From assembly GCA_005889295.1 (NCBI GenBank), contig VBEY01000231.1:1-55316 (forward strand): a DNA stretch of 55,316 nt, written 5' to 3'. The notes below the pieces were generated by a model. The model ran no database searches, had not been told where the DNA came from, and worked only from the letters and a program-made list of their open reading frames with translations. The first letter of the stretch is position 1; each line of letters opens with the position of its first letter. Positions 43,174 to 52,441 of the stretch are shown here, piece after piece. Position numbers and translations under genes: made by a program. Source of the stretch: Chloroflexota bacterium. Its GTDB lineage: Bacteria; Chloroflexota; Limnocylindria; P2-11E.

Positions 43174-43965
43174 GTGGCCGAAGCCCAAAAGCTCAGCGTC
43201 CGCCCGCGCGAGGTCCTCGGTAAGAAGGTGAATGCCCTTCGCCGCAAGGGCCTGCTCCCGGGCGTCGTTTTCGGCGGGCACGCCGATTCGACGCCGGTCG
43301 AGACGGACCAGCACGCCTTCGAGCTTTCGTACCGCCGCTGGGGCAACACGACGCTCCTTTCGCTGACCGGGCTCGATGGCGGCGAGGTACCGGCTCTCGT
43401 CCACGACGTCAGCCGCGATCCGGTGACCGGCCGCATGCTCCACGTCGATTTCGCTCGCGTTTCGCTCACGGAGAAGACGCATGCCGACGTACCGCTCCAC
43501 TTCGTCAAGGAATCGCCCGCCGTGCGGACGCTCGGCGCGGTCTTGCTCCACGCGCGCTCCGAAGTTTCGGTCGAGGCTTACCCGCAGGACATGCCTCGAG
43601 CGATCGAGGTCGACCTCTCCGGGTTGCTTGAGATCGACGACGCGATCTTCGTCCGCGATCTCGTCATCGACCCGAGCTTGATCAAGATCGAGAACGACCC
43701 CGACGAGCTCGTCGTAAAGGCCGTTCCGGTGAAGGTCGAGGAGGAGAAGCCCGCCGAGATCGCCGCGCCCGTCGAGGGCGAGGCCGTCCCGGAGGGTGCC
43801 GAAGGCGAAGGCGCCGCGCCGGCGGCAGCCGGATCCGAAGCGGCCAAGCCCACCGCAACCGGGGCCAAGCCCGCGGCAGCCGGCGCGAAGGCCGCGCCGG
43901 CCGCGGAGGGCGCCGCGAAGGGCGCAGCCCCAAAGGCATCGGGAGCACCTCCGAAGAAAAGCTAG
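43174..43965 (+). CDS. rplY: 50S ribosomal protein L25/general stress protein Ctc with an Ala/Pro/Lys-rich tail
   Basis: REVLGKKVNALRRKGLLPGVVFGG...LVHDVSRDPVTGRMLHVDF. AGGGGAG RBS. Confidence 0.88.
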   Translation: MAEAQKLSVRPREVLGKKVNALRRKGLLPGVVFGGHADSTPVETDQHAFELSYRRWGNTTLLSLTGLDGGEVPALVHDVSRDPVTGRMLHVDFARVSLTEKTHADVPLHFVKESPAVRTLGAVLLHARSEVSVEAYPQDMPRAIEVDLSGLLEIDDAIFVRDLVIDPSLIKIENDPDELVVKAVPVKVEEEKPAEIAAPVEGEAVPEGAEGEGAAPAAAGSEAAKPTATGAKPAAAGAKAAPAAEGAAKGAAPKASGAPPKKS

Positions 43966-43994
43966 CCCGGTTTGCGAACGTCGCCGCTCGTCTA

Positions 43995-45614
43995 TTAGCT
44001 CTGGAAGTCCGCCAGCGCTGCGTCCGGGAACGGGTTGTCCGCCAGCTCGAGGCTGCGCAGCTCGACTTCATCTTCGATCGGATCGCCCGAATGCGCGAGC
44101 GCTACCGCCCGCCGGTACCGATGCGCGTGCGAGCGAAACCGCTCGACGGCGTAGTCAGCGGCCTGACCCGTCGTGACGAGGAACGGCCAGTCGCTCGATT
44201 GCGCGAGCAAGAGCTCCCGCACCGCCTGTCGTGCGGCGCGCTCGCGGAACGGACCCTCCCGCGTTGTCCTCGCGCGAAGGGCGTCCATCTCCCGCGCGAG
44301 ACGCTCGAGCTCGTCCCACATCCAGGCTGTGCCTTCGTTCAGCCAGGTCGAGTGATCGTTGTTCTTTCCCCACGATCCCTCTGAAAGCGCGACGCGCTCC
44401 GTCGGTGGCTCACGGTCGAGGTACTCGGCTGCGGTGGCGACACGCACGTCGGATTCGGTGAGCTCGCGGAGGACGAGACCGAGCCAATCCACGCCCTCAA
44501 ACCACCAGTGACCGAAGAGCTCGCTGTCGAAGGTCACCGCGAGTAGCGGGTCCCTGCCGTCCGCGCTTCGACCGGATAGCTCCGCGCGGACGACGTTCAC
44601 GAAGTGACTCGCATGCTCGCGCGCCCGCTCGGCCGCGCGGCCCGGCGAGTACTCCTCTTTTTCTCCAAGTCCTTTGTGAACGGATGTCACGCGCCAGTAG
44701 CGAAGGCCGCTGCTCGTGTCCTTGCGATGGAACTCCCGGTAGTGCGCATCGCCGGGATATCCCGTGAACGCCGACCAGACCTGGCTCGATACACGGTCGT
44801 GCCGCGCGATCGCGACCACGTCCGAGTTCCCCACGTAGTACGGACGCAGGAGATCGACGTCGCTCGATGCGACGGCCGCGGTGGCGTTCACGGGCTCCTC
44901 GTGCGCCGGCCACCGACCGAGCTCGCTCTGCCCGCGGCCGCGGGCCACATCACCCGCGGGACGCGCGTGCCCAGGTAGAAGCGCGGCATCAGTGAAGAAG
45001 TGCGTGATGCCGTGCGCAGCAAGCGCCTTCTCGAGGCCGGGAGCGTACGCGCATTCCGGTAGCCAGATTCCGGTCGGATCCAACCCGGTGAGGCGGCGCG
45101 ACGAGCGCCGACCGATTCGGAGCTGCGCGTCAACCGAAGGCCGATCGAGAAGTGGCAGGTAGCCATGGGTCGCCGCCGAGGTGAGGATCTCGACGTGCCC
45201 GGTCTTCGCGAGGCTGGCGAACGCGCCGACCAGGTCGCGGCCGAAGCGTCCTCGGTACGCCTCGCGCAGACGGCGGTAGGAGCCGACGTAGAAGTTCGCG
45301 AGCTCGGCGCGGCCCTGATCGGGCGCGTCCGTGAAACGGCGAACGTCCTTCTCCGCTCGCAGCACCTGATCGTCGATGTACTCGAGCGCGCGGACGTTGA
45401 TGTCGCGGTCGGCGAGCTGCTCGATGAGGATCGGCGTGAGCCCGATGACGATTCGGTATGGAACGCCGGCGTCGCGGAGGTCGTGCAGAAGCACGAGCAG
45501 CGGGAGATATGTCCCGAGGACCGCCTCATGTATCCATTCCTCGCCATGCGGCCACCGGCCCGCGCCGCGGCAATAGGGAAGGTGCGAATGGAGCGCCAGG
45601 ACGAATGTGCCCAC
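43995..45614 (-). CDS. GH57 family 1,4-alpha-glucan branching enzyme
   Basis: 539 aa. Colinear by eye with characterised GH57 branching enzymes: LALHSHLPY, GLTPILIEQLAD, SAATHGYLPLL, YREFHRKD, FDSELFGHWWFEG, EGSWG, SSDWPFL, DNPFP. Confidence 0.9.
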   Translation of the reverse strand: MGTFVLALHSHLPYCRGAGRWPHGEEWIHEAVLGTYLPLLVLLHDLRDAGVPYRIVIGLTPILIEQLADRDINVRALEYIDDQVLRAEKDVRRFTDAPDQGRAELANFYVGSYRRLREAYRGRFGRDLVGAFASLAKTGHVEILTSAATHGYLPLLDRPSVDAQLRIGRRSSRRLTGLDPTGIWLPECAYAPGLEKALAAHGITHFFTDAALLPGHARPAGDVARGRGQSELGRWPAHEEPVNATAAVASSDVDLLRPYYVGNSDVVAIARHDRVSSQVWSAFTGYPGDAHYREFHRKDTSSGLRYWRVTSVHKGLGEKEEYSPGRAAERAREHASHFVNVVRAELSGRSADGRDPLLAVTFDSELFGHWWFEGVDWLGLVLRELTESDVRVATAAEYLDREPPTERVALSEGSWGKNNDHSTWLNEGTAWMWDELERLAREMDALRARTTREGPFRERAARQAVRELLLAQSSDWPFLVTTGQAADYAVERFRSHAHRYRRAVALAHSGDPIEDEVELRSLELADNPFPDAALADFQS

Positions 45615-45792
45615 GCTCGCATTCTGTCCCAGCGGCGTCGCGGCGGCTGGCAGGCGCGCCTTCGCGATTTTGTGCCGAGATCGTTTCGCGATCGCGCGCT
45701 AGGCCCCCTAACGTCGCGCGACCCTGGCCTCCCTGCTGCAGCGCTCGCTTGCCAGTCTCGGACCGAAGGTCCGGAGAGAAAAGAGGCGTCAT

Positions 45793-46560
45793 ATGCCGGC
45801 GGCCGTCACCGACCTTCCCACCGCGCTCCTCACCGGCCTCGCGGCCGGACTCGCGACTCTCATTTCGGCCATTCCCTCGATCCTCGGTGCCCTGCTGATC
45901 CTGCTGCTCGGCTGGATCATCACCGGCGCTCTGGCCGGAGCGCTCGCCCGAGCACTGCGCGCGGTCCGCGTCAACGCGGCAGCCGATCGCGCTGGAGTCA
46001 CGCGCGTCCTTCAGCGCGCGCAGGTTCGCGCCGATGCCGCCGGCGTCATCGCCGGTGTCGTGAAGTGGTACCTGCGGCTCATCGTCATCCTCATGGCTGC
46101 GGACGCCGTCAAGCTCACCGCCGTGAGCACGATCGTCAACCAGATCCTTGCGTTCGTTCCGAACCTTCTCGTCGCGGTCCTCATCCTCGCGGCGTTCTCG
46201 TGGCTTGCAACGCTCGCACGCAATCTCGTGACCGCCGCGCTCGAGCCGACGATGCCGAACGCCAAGACCATCGGCGTTCTCGCGTACGGAGCGACGTTCG
46301 GCTTTGGGGTCCTGGCAGCGGCGACGCAGATCGGCGTCGCGGCGACACTCCTCAACATCCTGTTCATCGGGATCGTGGGCGCACTCGCGCTTGCCTTCGG
46401 GCTCGCCTTCGGCCTCGGTGGCCGTGAGGAAGCCGCGCGCATGTGGCGCGAGATGAATGGTGCTGTCGGAAACGTGGTGAAGGAAGGAGCGCCAGCCGCG
46501 GCCAACGCGTCTGGCAACGGCCGGCCGGTCGAGCGAACCGAGCACGCCATCAGGACGTAA
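45793..46560 (+). CDS. membrane protein with repeated 'conserved TM helix' units
   Basis: 255 aa with repeated units of the type IPSILGALLILLLGWIITGALAGALARAL and VPNLLVAVLILAAFSWLATLARNLV. Confidence 0.55.
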   Translation: MPAAVTDLPTALLTGLAAGLATLISAIPSILGALLILLLGWIITGALAGALARALRAVRVNAAADRAGVTRVLQRAQVRADAAGVIAGVVKWYLRLIVILMAADAVKLTAVSTIVNQILAFVPNLLVAVLILAAFSWLATLARNLVTAALEPTMPNAKTIGVLAYGATFGFGVLAAATQIGVAATLLNILFIGIVGALALAFGLAFGLGGREEAARMWREMNGAVGNVVKEGAPAAANASGNGRPVERTEHAIRT

Positions 46561-46589
46561 CCAGTACGCATTAATGAGCGCGGTGACAG

Positions 46590-46626
46590 CGCCGCCGGTC
46601 CCGGTAACGCACCGAGACCGGCGGCG
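46590..46626 (+). terminator. hairpin (11-bp stem CGCCGCCGGTC/GACCGGCGGCG, 15-nt loop) after the TM-helix protein gene
   Basis: Perfect stem 30 nt after the stop. No strong U-tract. Confidence 0.4.
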
Positions 46627-46779
46627 CGCTATTACGTGAGCCTGCCTGAATTGACCACCTGATTGGGCGCGACTAGGCTCGGTTAGCCGTGCTAGCCGCA
46701 CTCGCGGCGAGCCATCTGCTCGCGCAAGAGCAGGATTCGCGGCGGTCCGGGGCGGCTTCGTCCGCAGAGGGGGTTTGGA

Positions 46780-48069
46780 ATGCTTCGATTCCCGCGATCT
46801 CTTGCCATCGTTTCGCTCGTCGCACTCCTTGTGGCTACGGCTTGTTCGTCGGGCGGGAACGCGCCTGGAACGGGGGCGTCCGGCAGCACGATCAACGTCA
46901 TGTCGCTCTGGGGCGCCAGCGAGCAGGACAACTTCCAGAAGGTGCTCGACGCCTTCAAGACGAAGACTGGCGTAACCGCGAAGTACGAATCGATCCGCAC
47001 GGACTACGCGACCACCCTTCAGACCCGTATCTCCGGCGGCAATCCGCCGGATGTGGCGATCATCCCGGGCATCGGCTTCCTGCGGCAGTTCGCGAAGCAG
47101 GGATCCCTCAAGAAGATCGCCGACCTTGGGCTCGACGTGAACGCCCTCAAGTCGAACTACCCACCGGGCATTCTTGAGATCGGTCAGGTCGATGGGACGC
47201 AGTACGCGATCATGGTGAAGTTCAACAGCAAGAGCACGGTCTGGTTCCGACCTGACAAGTTCAAGACTCTCGGTGTCACGGCGCCAACGGATTTCGCCGG
47301 CTTCACCAAGCTCCTCGGCGACATCAAGGCAAAGGGCCAGGCGCCCCTCGGGCTTGGAGCCGGCGACTCGTGGACGCTGACCGACTGGTTCGAAAGCGTC
47401 TACGTCCGGCAGGCCGGTCCCGACAAATACGACCAGCTCTTCAGCGGCAAGCTGGCCTGGACTGACGCGTCCGTCGCGACCGCCATCGACACGATGAAGC
47501 AGGCCCTCTCCGACCAGTACGTCGCAGGCGGCATCACGGCCGCCCTCGGACGCACCTTCACCGACGGGATCGGCCAGGTCTTCAGCACCAACCCGCAGGC
47601 CGTCGTCTACTACGAAGGCGGATTCGTGGGCGGCATCGCGACAGGGCAGACCAACACCGCCCTGAAGGTCGGCGACACGATCGACTGGTTCGACTTCCCG
47701 AGCATCAACAGCAACAAGTCGGTCACCATCGGTGGCGACGTCATCGCCGCCTTCACGACCAAGCCGGGCGTCAAGGAATTCATGCAGTACATGACGACAG
47801 CCGACGCCGGCTCGGTCTGGGCCGGAACCGGCGCGATCATCTCGCCGATCAAGTCCGTCCCGGCGACCGCGTATCCGAACGATCTCGCCAAGCGCGAGGC
47901 GGCACAGGTGGCGAACGCCTCGGCCGTCCGCTTCGACGGCTCCGACCTGCTTCCATCCGGCGGCGGGGACGACATGGGCGCCGCGCTACAGGACGCGCTC
48001 CGGGGCAAGACCGTCGACTGGGCGGGTTTCGAAACTCGAATGAAGGCAAAGTGGACATCGGAGAAGTGA
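46780..48069 (+). CDS. sugar ABC transporter substrate-binding lipoprotein (MalE/family 1 type)
   Basis: Lipobox LLVATAC, 429 aa, typical family-1 SBP features. GAGGGGG RBS. Confidence 0.85.
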   Translation: MLRFPRSLAIVSLVALLVATACSSGGNAPGTGASGSTINVMSLWGASEQDNFQKVLDAFKTKTGVTAKYESIRTDYATTLQTRISGGNPPDVAIIPGIGFLRQFAKQGSLKKIADLGLDVNALKSNYPPGILEIGQVDGTQYAIMVKFNSKSTVWFRPDKFKTLGVTAPTDFAGFTKLLGDIKAKGQAPLGLGAGDSWTLTDWFESVYVRQAGPDKYDQLFSGKLAWTDASVATAIDTMKQALSDQYVAGGITAALGRTFTDGIGQVFSTNPQAVVYYEGGFVGGIATGQTNTALKVGDTIDWFDFPSINSNKSVTIGGDVIAAFTTKPGVKEFMQYMTTADAGSVWAGTGAIISPIKSVPATAYPNDLAKREAAQVANASAVRFDGSDLLPSGGGDDMGAALQDALRGKTVDWAGFETRMKAKWTSEK

Positions 48070-48094
48070 CCAGGCGCGTGACCTAGAAATCAAC

Positions 48095-48131
48095 GGAGCG
48101 GGTGGGCATCAACGGATGGCCCACCCGCTCC
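48095..48131 (+). other. 13-bp perfect-stem hairpin between the SBP and the first permease gene
   Basis: GGAGCGGGTGGGC - 11 nt loop - GCCCACCCGCTCC. Intra-operon position. Confidence 0.6.
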
Positions 48132-48148
48132 GCTACGGACGGAGATAG

Positions 48149-49123
48149 ATGGGGCTCGCGCCAACACCAGCGGTACCGGCTCAAAAGGTCTCCACCCCCG
48201 ACCTCACGGCGGTGCGTCGTGCGCGCACACCCGAGGGGCCGAACTATGGAGCCGCGATCCTGTTCCTTTTCCCAGCCGCGATCCTTCTCGTCGTCTTTCT
48301 CTTGTACCCCTCCCTCTACACGATCCTGCTGAGCTTCAACCGCGGGCGTAACGGCGTCTTCGAGCAGTGGGTCGGTTTTGACAATTACGTCCGCCTCTTC
48401 ACCGATCCAGACTTCATCAATCTTTCGACGTTCCCACCCTCCGGAGCGCTTTGGAACAATGTCCTCTGGATCGTCTTCTACACGAGCATCGTCATCTTCC
48501 TCGGGCTGATCATCGCGGTCGTCGCCGCGCGTGTGCGCTACGAATCGGTCATCAAAGCGATCGTCTTCATCCCGATGGCGATCTCGGCAACGGCCCTCGC
48601 TGTGATCTGGAAGTTCGTCTACTCGCCTGATGCAAACATCGGTTTGCTCAACGCCATTCTCGGCGCCTTTGGCGTGTCGCCGATCTCCTGGCTCGGCGAC
48701 GAGAACCTCGTGAACTTCGCGCTCATCGCGGTCGGCATCTGGGGATCGGTCGGCTTCGCGACGGTGATCCTGTCCGCCGCCGTGAAGAGCATCCCGGCTG
48801 AGGTCATCGAGTCGGCGCGCGTCGAGGGCGCGAACGAGCGGCAGATCTTCTTCCGAATGATCCTACCGATGGTCAGCCTGCCCATCTCGGTCCTGGCCGT
48901 CACGCTCGTCGTCAACGTCATCAAGCTCTTCGACCTCATCTACGTGATGACGGCGGGCGGACCTGGCAAAGCGAGCCGCGTGATCGCGTTCACGATGTAT
49001 CAGCAGGCCTTCCAGGCCGGGCAGTACGGCTACGGGTCGGCGGTCGCAGTCGTCATGCTGGTCGTACTCATCCCGATCATGATCTACAACGTTCGGCGCT
49101 TCCGAACCGGAGCGGTCACGTGA
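48149..49123 (+). CDS. sugar ABC transporter permease (MalF-like)
   Basis: 324 aa, 6 transmembrane helices, EAA-type loop (IESARVEGANERQIFFRMILP). Confidence 0.88.
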   Translation: MGLAPTPAVPAQKVSTPDLTAVRRARTPEGPNYGAAILFLFPAAILLVVFLLYPSLYTILLSFNRGRNGVFEQWVGFDNYVRLFTDPDFINLSTFPPSGALWNNVLWIVFYTSIVIFLGLIIAVVAARVRYESVIKAIVFIPMAISATALAVIWKFVYSPDANIGLLNAILGAFGVSPISWLGDENLVNFALIAVGIWGSVGFATVILSAAVKSIPAEVIESARVEGANERQIFFRMILPMVSLPISVLAVTLVVNVIKLFDLIYVMTAGGPGKASRVIAFTMYQQAFQAGQYGYGSAVAVVMLVVLIPIMIYNVRRFRTGAVT

Positions 49124-50016
49124 GCGTCCTCGCCGAAGCGATGGCCGGCTCACGTCCGCGGACACCAGCGGGCCGCCTCGTCGCAGCACTCAACCATTGG
49201 GCCATCCACGTCGCGCTGGGCCTCATCGGCCTGATCTGGCTCGTCCCGACTTTGGGACTACTGGTGACGTCCTTCCGGCCGCGCTCCGACATCCAGGCCA
49301 CCGGGTGGTGGGACATCTTCAACCTCCACCTCACGCTCGAGAACTACAGGCAGGTGCTCGAAGCGCAAGGGATGCTCCCGGCTTTCATGAACACGGTCTT
49401 CATCGCTGTCCCGTCGACCGTGCTTCCCATCGCCATCTGCGCTCTCGCCGCGTATGCCTTCTCCTGGGTCCGGTTCCCGTTCCGCGACACCCTCTTCCTC
49501 ATCGTGATCGCTTTCCTGCTGGTGCCGGTGCAGGTCGCCTTTATCCCCCTGCTCACGACAGCGACTGCCCTGGTGCCCGACCTCCAGCTCACCCGGGGCT
49601 ATGTCGCCATATGGCTCGCCCACACCGCCTTCGCGCTCCCCTTCGGGATCTTCCTGCTGCGCAACTTCTTTATCACCCTGCCACCGGACATGATCGAAGC
49701 CGCGCGCATCGACGGCGCGTCGGATTTCCGGGTCTTCAGCCAGATCGTCGTGCCGGTGTCGGTCCCGGCGATCGCCGCGTACGGCATCTTCCAGTTCCTC
49801 TGGGTATGGAACGACCTCCTCATGGCCCTCGTGTTCGTGCAGGACTCGAGCAAGTACCCCATGACGCGCGCGATCCAGAACCTCCTCAGCCAGTACGGCA
49901 CCGAGTGGCATCTTCTCGCGGCGGGCGCATTCCTATTGATGATCGTCCCGCTGATCGTCTTCTTCAGCCTCCAGCGCTACTTCGTCCAGGGCCTCCTCGC
50001 CGGCTCCATCAAATAG
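49120..50016 (+). CDS. sugar ABC transporter permease (MalG-like)
   Basis: 298 aa with EAA loop (IEAARIDGASDFRVFSQIVVP). Overlaps the upstream stop. Confidence 0.88.
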   Translation: MSVLAEAMAGSRPRTPAGRLVAALNHWAIHVALGLIGLIWLVPTLGLLVTSFRPRSDIQATGWWDIFNLHLTLENYRQVLEAQGMLPAFMNTVFIAVPSTVLPIAICALAAYAFSWVRFPFRDTLFLIVIAFLLVPVQVAFIPLLTTATALVPDLQLTRGYVAIWLAHTAFALPFGIFLLRNFFITLPPDMIEAARIDGASDFRVFSQIVVPVSVPAIAAYGIFQFLWVWNDLLMALVFVQDSSKYPMTRAIQNLLSQYGTEWHLLAAGAFLLMIVPLIVFFSLQRYFVQGLLAGSIK

Positions 50017-51264
50017 GTGCACGCCGTACCGATCACCGCGAAGAAAAGCATCGCGGACTACGCGGAAGTAATCGGCGAGAAGCACTACGAAGAGCTGCGC
50101 ACCCTCGCGAAGGCCGCGAAAGGCCGCAGCATGCTGCACGTCAACGCCACCGCTTACGGCGGCGGTGTCGCGGAAATACTCCAAAACCTCGTCCCGCTGC
50201 TCCGGGACGCGGGCGTGGACGCGCACTGGGCAGTCTTGGACGCCCCGCCCGCGTTCTATGACATCACGAAGAAGATCCACAACGCCCTCCAAGGGATGAA
50301 GCTGGATCTCTCCGAAGCCGAAAAGAAGCTCTTTCTCGACGTTGGGCGCGAGAACGCGGCGCAGCTGACGGACGCCGACGTGGTCCTCGCGCACGACCCG
50401 CAGGCGGTCGCGCTGCATCACTTCGCGAAGGATCCGGGTCGCGCCGGGTGGGTCTGGCGCTGCCACATCGATCTGACTACCGCCCACCAGCCGGTGTGGT
50501 CCTTCCTCAAGCCGTTCGTCCAGGAGCACGACGCCTCGATCTGGACGATGCCTCAGTTCGTACGGCCTGACTTGAAACAGAAGGTGCTCATTCAGGCGCC
50601 GACGATCGATCCGTTCTCCGAGAAGAACCGCGACATGCCGATCGAAGAGGCGCGCGAGATCGTGCGCCGTTTCGACGTCGATCCTGGCCGGCCGATCCTC
50701 CTGCAGGTCTCGCGCTTCGATCCGTGGAAGGACCCGCTCGGCGTGATCGACGCATACCGAATCGTGAAGAAAGAGGTGCCTGGCGTCCAGCTCGTCATGA
50801 TCGGTTCGCTCGCCGACGACGACCCCGAAGGCCAGGAGTACTTCGACCGGACAAAGAAGCACGCGGGCGGCGACAAGGACGTCTTCCTCTTCACGAACCT
50901 CGACGGCGTCAAGGACCGCGAGGTGAACGCGTTCCAGCGCGCGTCCACGGTGGTGGTCCAGAAGTCGCTCCGCGAAGGGTTCGGCCTCGTCGTCGCGGAA
51001 GGGCTGTGGAAGGGCATCCCGGTCGTCGCGGGCAAGGTCGGCGGCATCGTCATCCAGATCCAGGACGGCGTGTCGGGGTACCTCGTCTCGAGTCCCGAGG
51101 AATGCGCCGCGCGCTGCCTCGACCTGCTGCGCGATCCCGGTCTCCGGAAGCACATGGCCGCGGCGGGACGAGAGCACGTGCGCGAGAACTTCCTCATCAC
51201 TCGCGACCTGCGCGACCAGCTCGGGCTCGTGGCGACGCTCGCGAAGGTCGGCCAGACCCAATAG
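50017..51264 (+). CDS. treT: trehalose glycosyltransferring synthase (TreT-type GT4 glycosyltransferase)
   Basis: 415 aa. Colinear by eye with archaeal TreT: VNATAYGGGVAEIL, HNALQG, WRCHIDL, VSRFDPWK, DDPEG, REVNAFQRAS, REGFGL. GTG start directly after the permease stop. Confidence 0.85.
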   Translation: MHAVPITAKKSIADYAEVIGEKHYEELRTLAKAAKGRSMLHVNATAYGGGVAEILQNLVPLLRDAGVDAHWAVLDAPPAFYDITKKIHNALQGMKLDLSEAEKKLFLDVGRENAAQLTDADVVLAHDPQAVALHHFAKDPGRAGWVWRCHIDLTTAHQPVWSFLKPFVQEHDASIWTMPQFVRPDLKQKVLIQAPTIDPFSEKNRDMPIEEAREIVRRFDVDPGRPILLQVSRFDPWKDPLGVIDAYRIVKKEVPGVQLVMIGSLADDDPEGQEYFDRTKKHAGGDKDVFLFTNLDGVKDREVNAFQRASTVVVQKSLREGFGLVVAEGLWKGIPVVAGKVGGIVIQIQDGVSGYLVSSPEECAARCLDLLRDPGLRKHMAAAGREHVRENFLITRDLRDQLGLVATLAKVGQTQ

Positions 51265-51265
51265 C

Positions 51266-51271
51266 TAGCAT
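51266..51271 (+). promoter_or_regulatory. TAGCAT -10-like hexamer 7 nt upstream of GTG 51279
   Basis: TAGCAT-CGCCGCC-GTG with no Shine-Dalgarno sequence. Lies 2 nt after the treT stop. Confidence 0.35.
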
Positions 51272-51278
51272 CGCCGCC

Positions 51279-52379
51279 GTGGGCGATGCGCTCTTCGAGA
51301 TAGACCCCGACATCCGTGTCGCGCGAACGCTCCCCGCGCGCGTCTACTCCGATCCGGAGATCTTTCGGCTCCAGCGCGAGCGGCTCTTCGCGCGCACCTG
51401 GCACTACGCCGGTCACGCAGACCTGGTCAAGGTCGCGGGCCAGGTCTACCCGTTCACGCTTCTTCCGGGCGTGCTCGATGAACCTCTGGTTCTCACGCGC
51501 GATTCAAGCGACCGGATCCACTGCCTTTCGAACGTGTGCACGCACCGCGGGACTGTGGTGGTCGAGGGCGCGGGGGTGGAGCAACAGCTACGGTGCCGCT
51601 ACCACGGCCGCCGCTTCGCGCTGGATGGCCGCTTTCATTCGATGCCTGAGTTCGAGCAAACCGCGAACTTCCCCGCGAAGACGGACGATCTGACAGAGGT
51701 CCCGCTTGGGCTTTGGGAGCGCTTCCTGCTCGTCGCGCTGGCACCGAGCGCGCAGATGTCGATCGCCGCGATCTTCGCGCCACTTGTCGCTCGGCTCCAT
51801 CAGCTTCCGTTCGCGGAGCTCACGTTCGACGTCCTGAGCGCACGGGACTACCTCGTGAACGCGAACTGGGCGCTCTACATCGACAACTACCTCGAGGGCT
51901 TTCACATCCCATACGTGCATTCGAGCCTCGCCACGACGCTCGACTACGGGGAGTACACCGTCGAGCTCCAGCGCTTATCCGTCCTGCAGCTCGGCATCGC
52001 TAAGCCTGGCGAACCCGCATTCGCGCTCCCGCGCGAGCACCCCGATCACGGACGCGCCGTCGCCGCGTACTACTTCTGGCTCTTCCCGACGACGATGTTC
52101 AACGTGTACCCGTGGGGCGTCTCGGTGAACGTCGTCACGCCCCTCGCCCTCGACCGGACGCGCGTCTCGTTCCTCCCATTCGTCTGGGACGCGAGCAAGC
52201 GCGACGCCGGAGCGGGCGCGGGTCTCGATCGCGTCGAGCGGGAAGACGAGGCCATCGTCGAGTCGGTGCAGCGCGGCGTACGCTCGCGGCTGTACGAGCG
52301 CGGACGTTACTCACCCGCCCGGGAGACCGGCGTACACCATTTCCACCGACTGCTCGCCGAGTTCATGTCCGCGACGTAG
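51279..52379 (+). CDS. Rieske (2Fe-2S) non-heme iron oxygenase alpha subunit (choline-monooxygenase-like)
   Basis: Rieske motif CTHRG...CRYHG and mononuclear iron motif NYLEGFHIPYVH. 366 aa. No beta subunit or reductase gene nearby. Confidence 0.85.
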   Translation: MGDALFEIDPDIRVARTLPARVYSDPEIFRLQRERLFARTWHYAGHADLVKVAGQVYPFTLLPGVLDEPLVLTRDSSDRIHCLSNVCTHRGTVVVEGAGVEQQLRCRYHGRRFALDGRFHSMPEFEQTANFPAKTDDLTEVPLGLWERFLLVALAPSAQMSIAAIFAPLVARLHQLPFAELTFDVLSARDYLVNANWALYIDNYLEGFHIPYVHSSLATTLDYGEYTVELQRLSVLQLGIAKPGEPAFALPREHPDHGRAVAAYYFWLFPTTMFNVYPWGVSVNVVTPLALDRTRVSFLPFVWDASKRDAGAGAGLDRVEREDEAIVESVQRGVRSRLYERGRYSPARETGVHHFHRLLAEFMSAT

Positions 52380-52393
52380 CACATCAGTAGTGA

Positions 52394-52418
52394 GGCGCCG
52401 CGCGGTTTGCGCGGCGCC
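52394..52418. terminator. bidirectional GC-rich hairpin (10-bp stem GGCGCCGCGC/GCGCGGCGCC, 5-nt loop) between convergent genes
   Basis: Perfect stem centred in the 62-bp gap between the Rieske and DUF4331 stops. Confidence 0.5.
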
Positions 52419-52441
52419 CCTCTCATTCAGAAAGCGCTTGC

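Noticed and set aside
49933-51261. 442-aa minus-strand ORF and 354-aa plus-strand ORF (49197..50261) over the permease/treT region
   Set aside because: They are antisense or out-of-frame shadows. treT and the MalG-like permease have unambiguous family signatures in their own frames.
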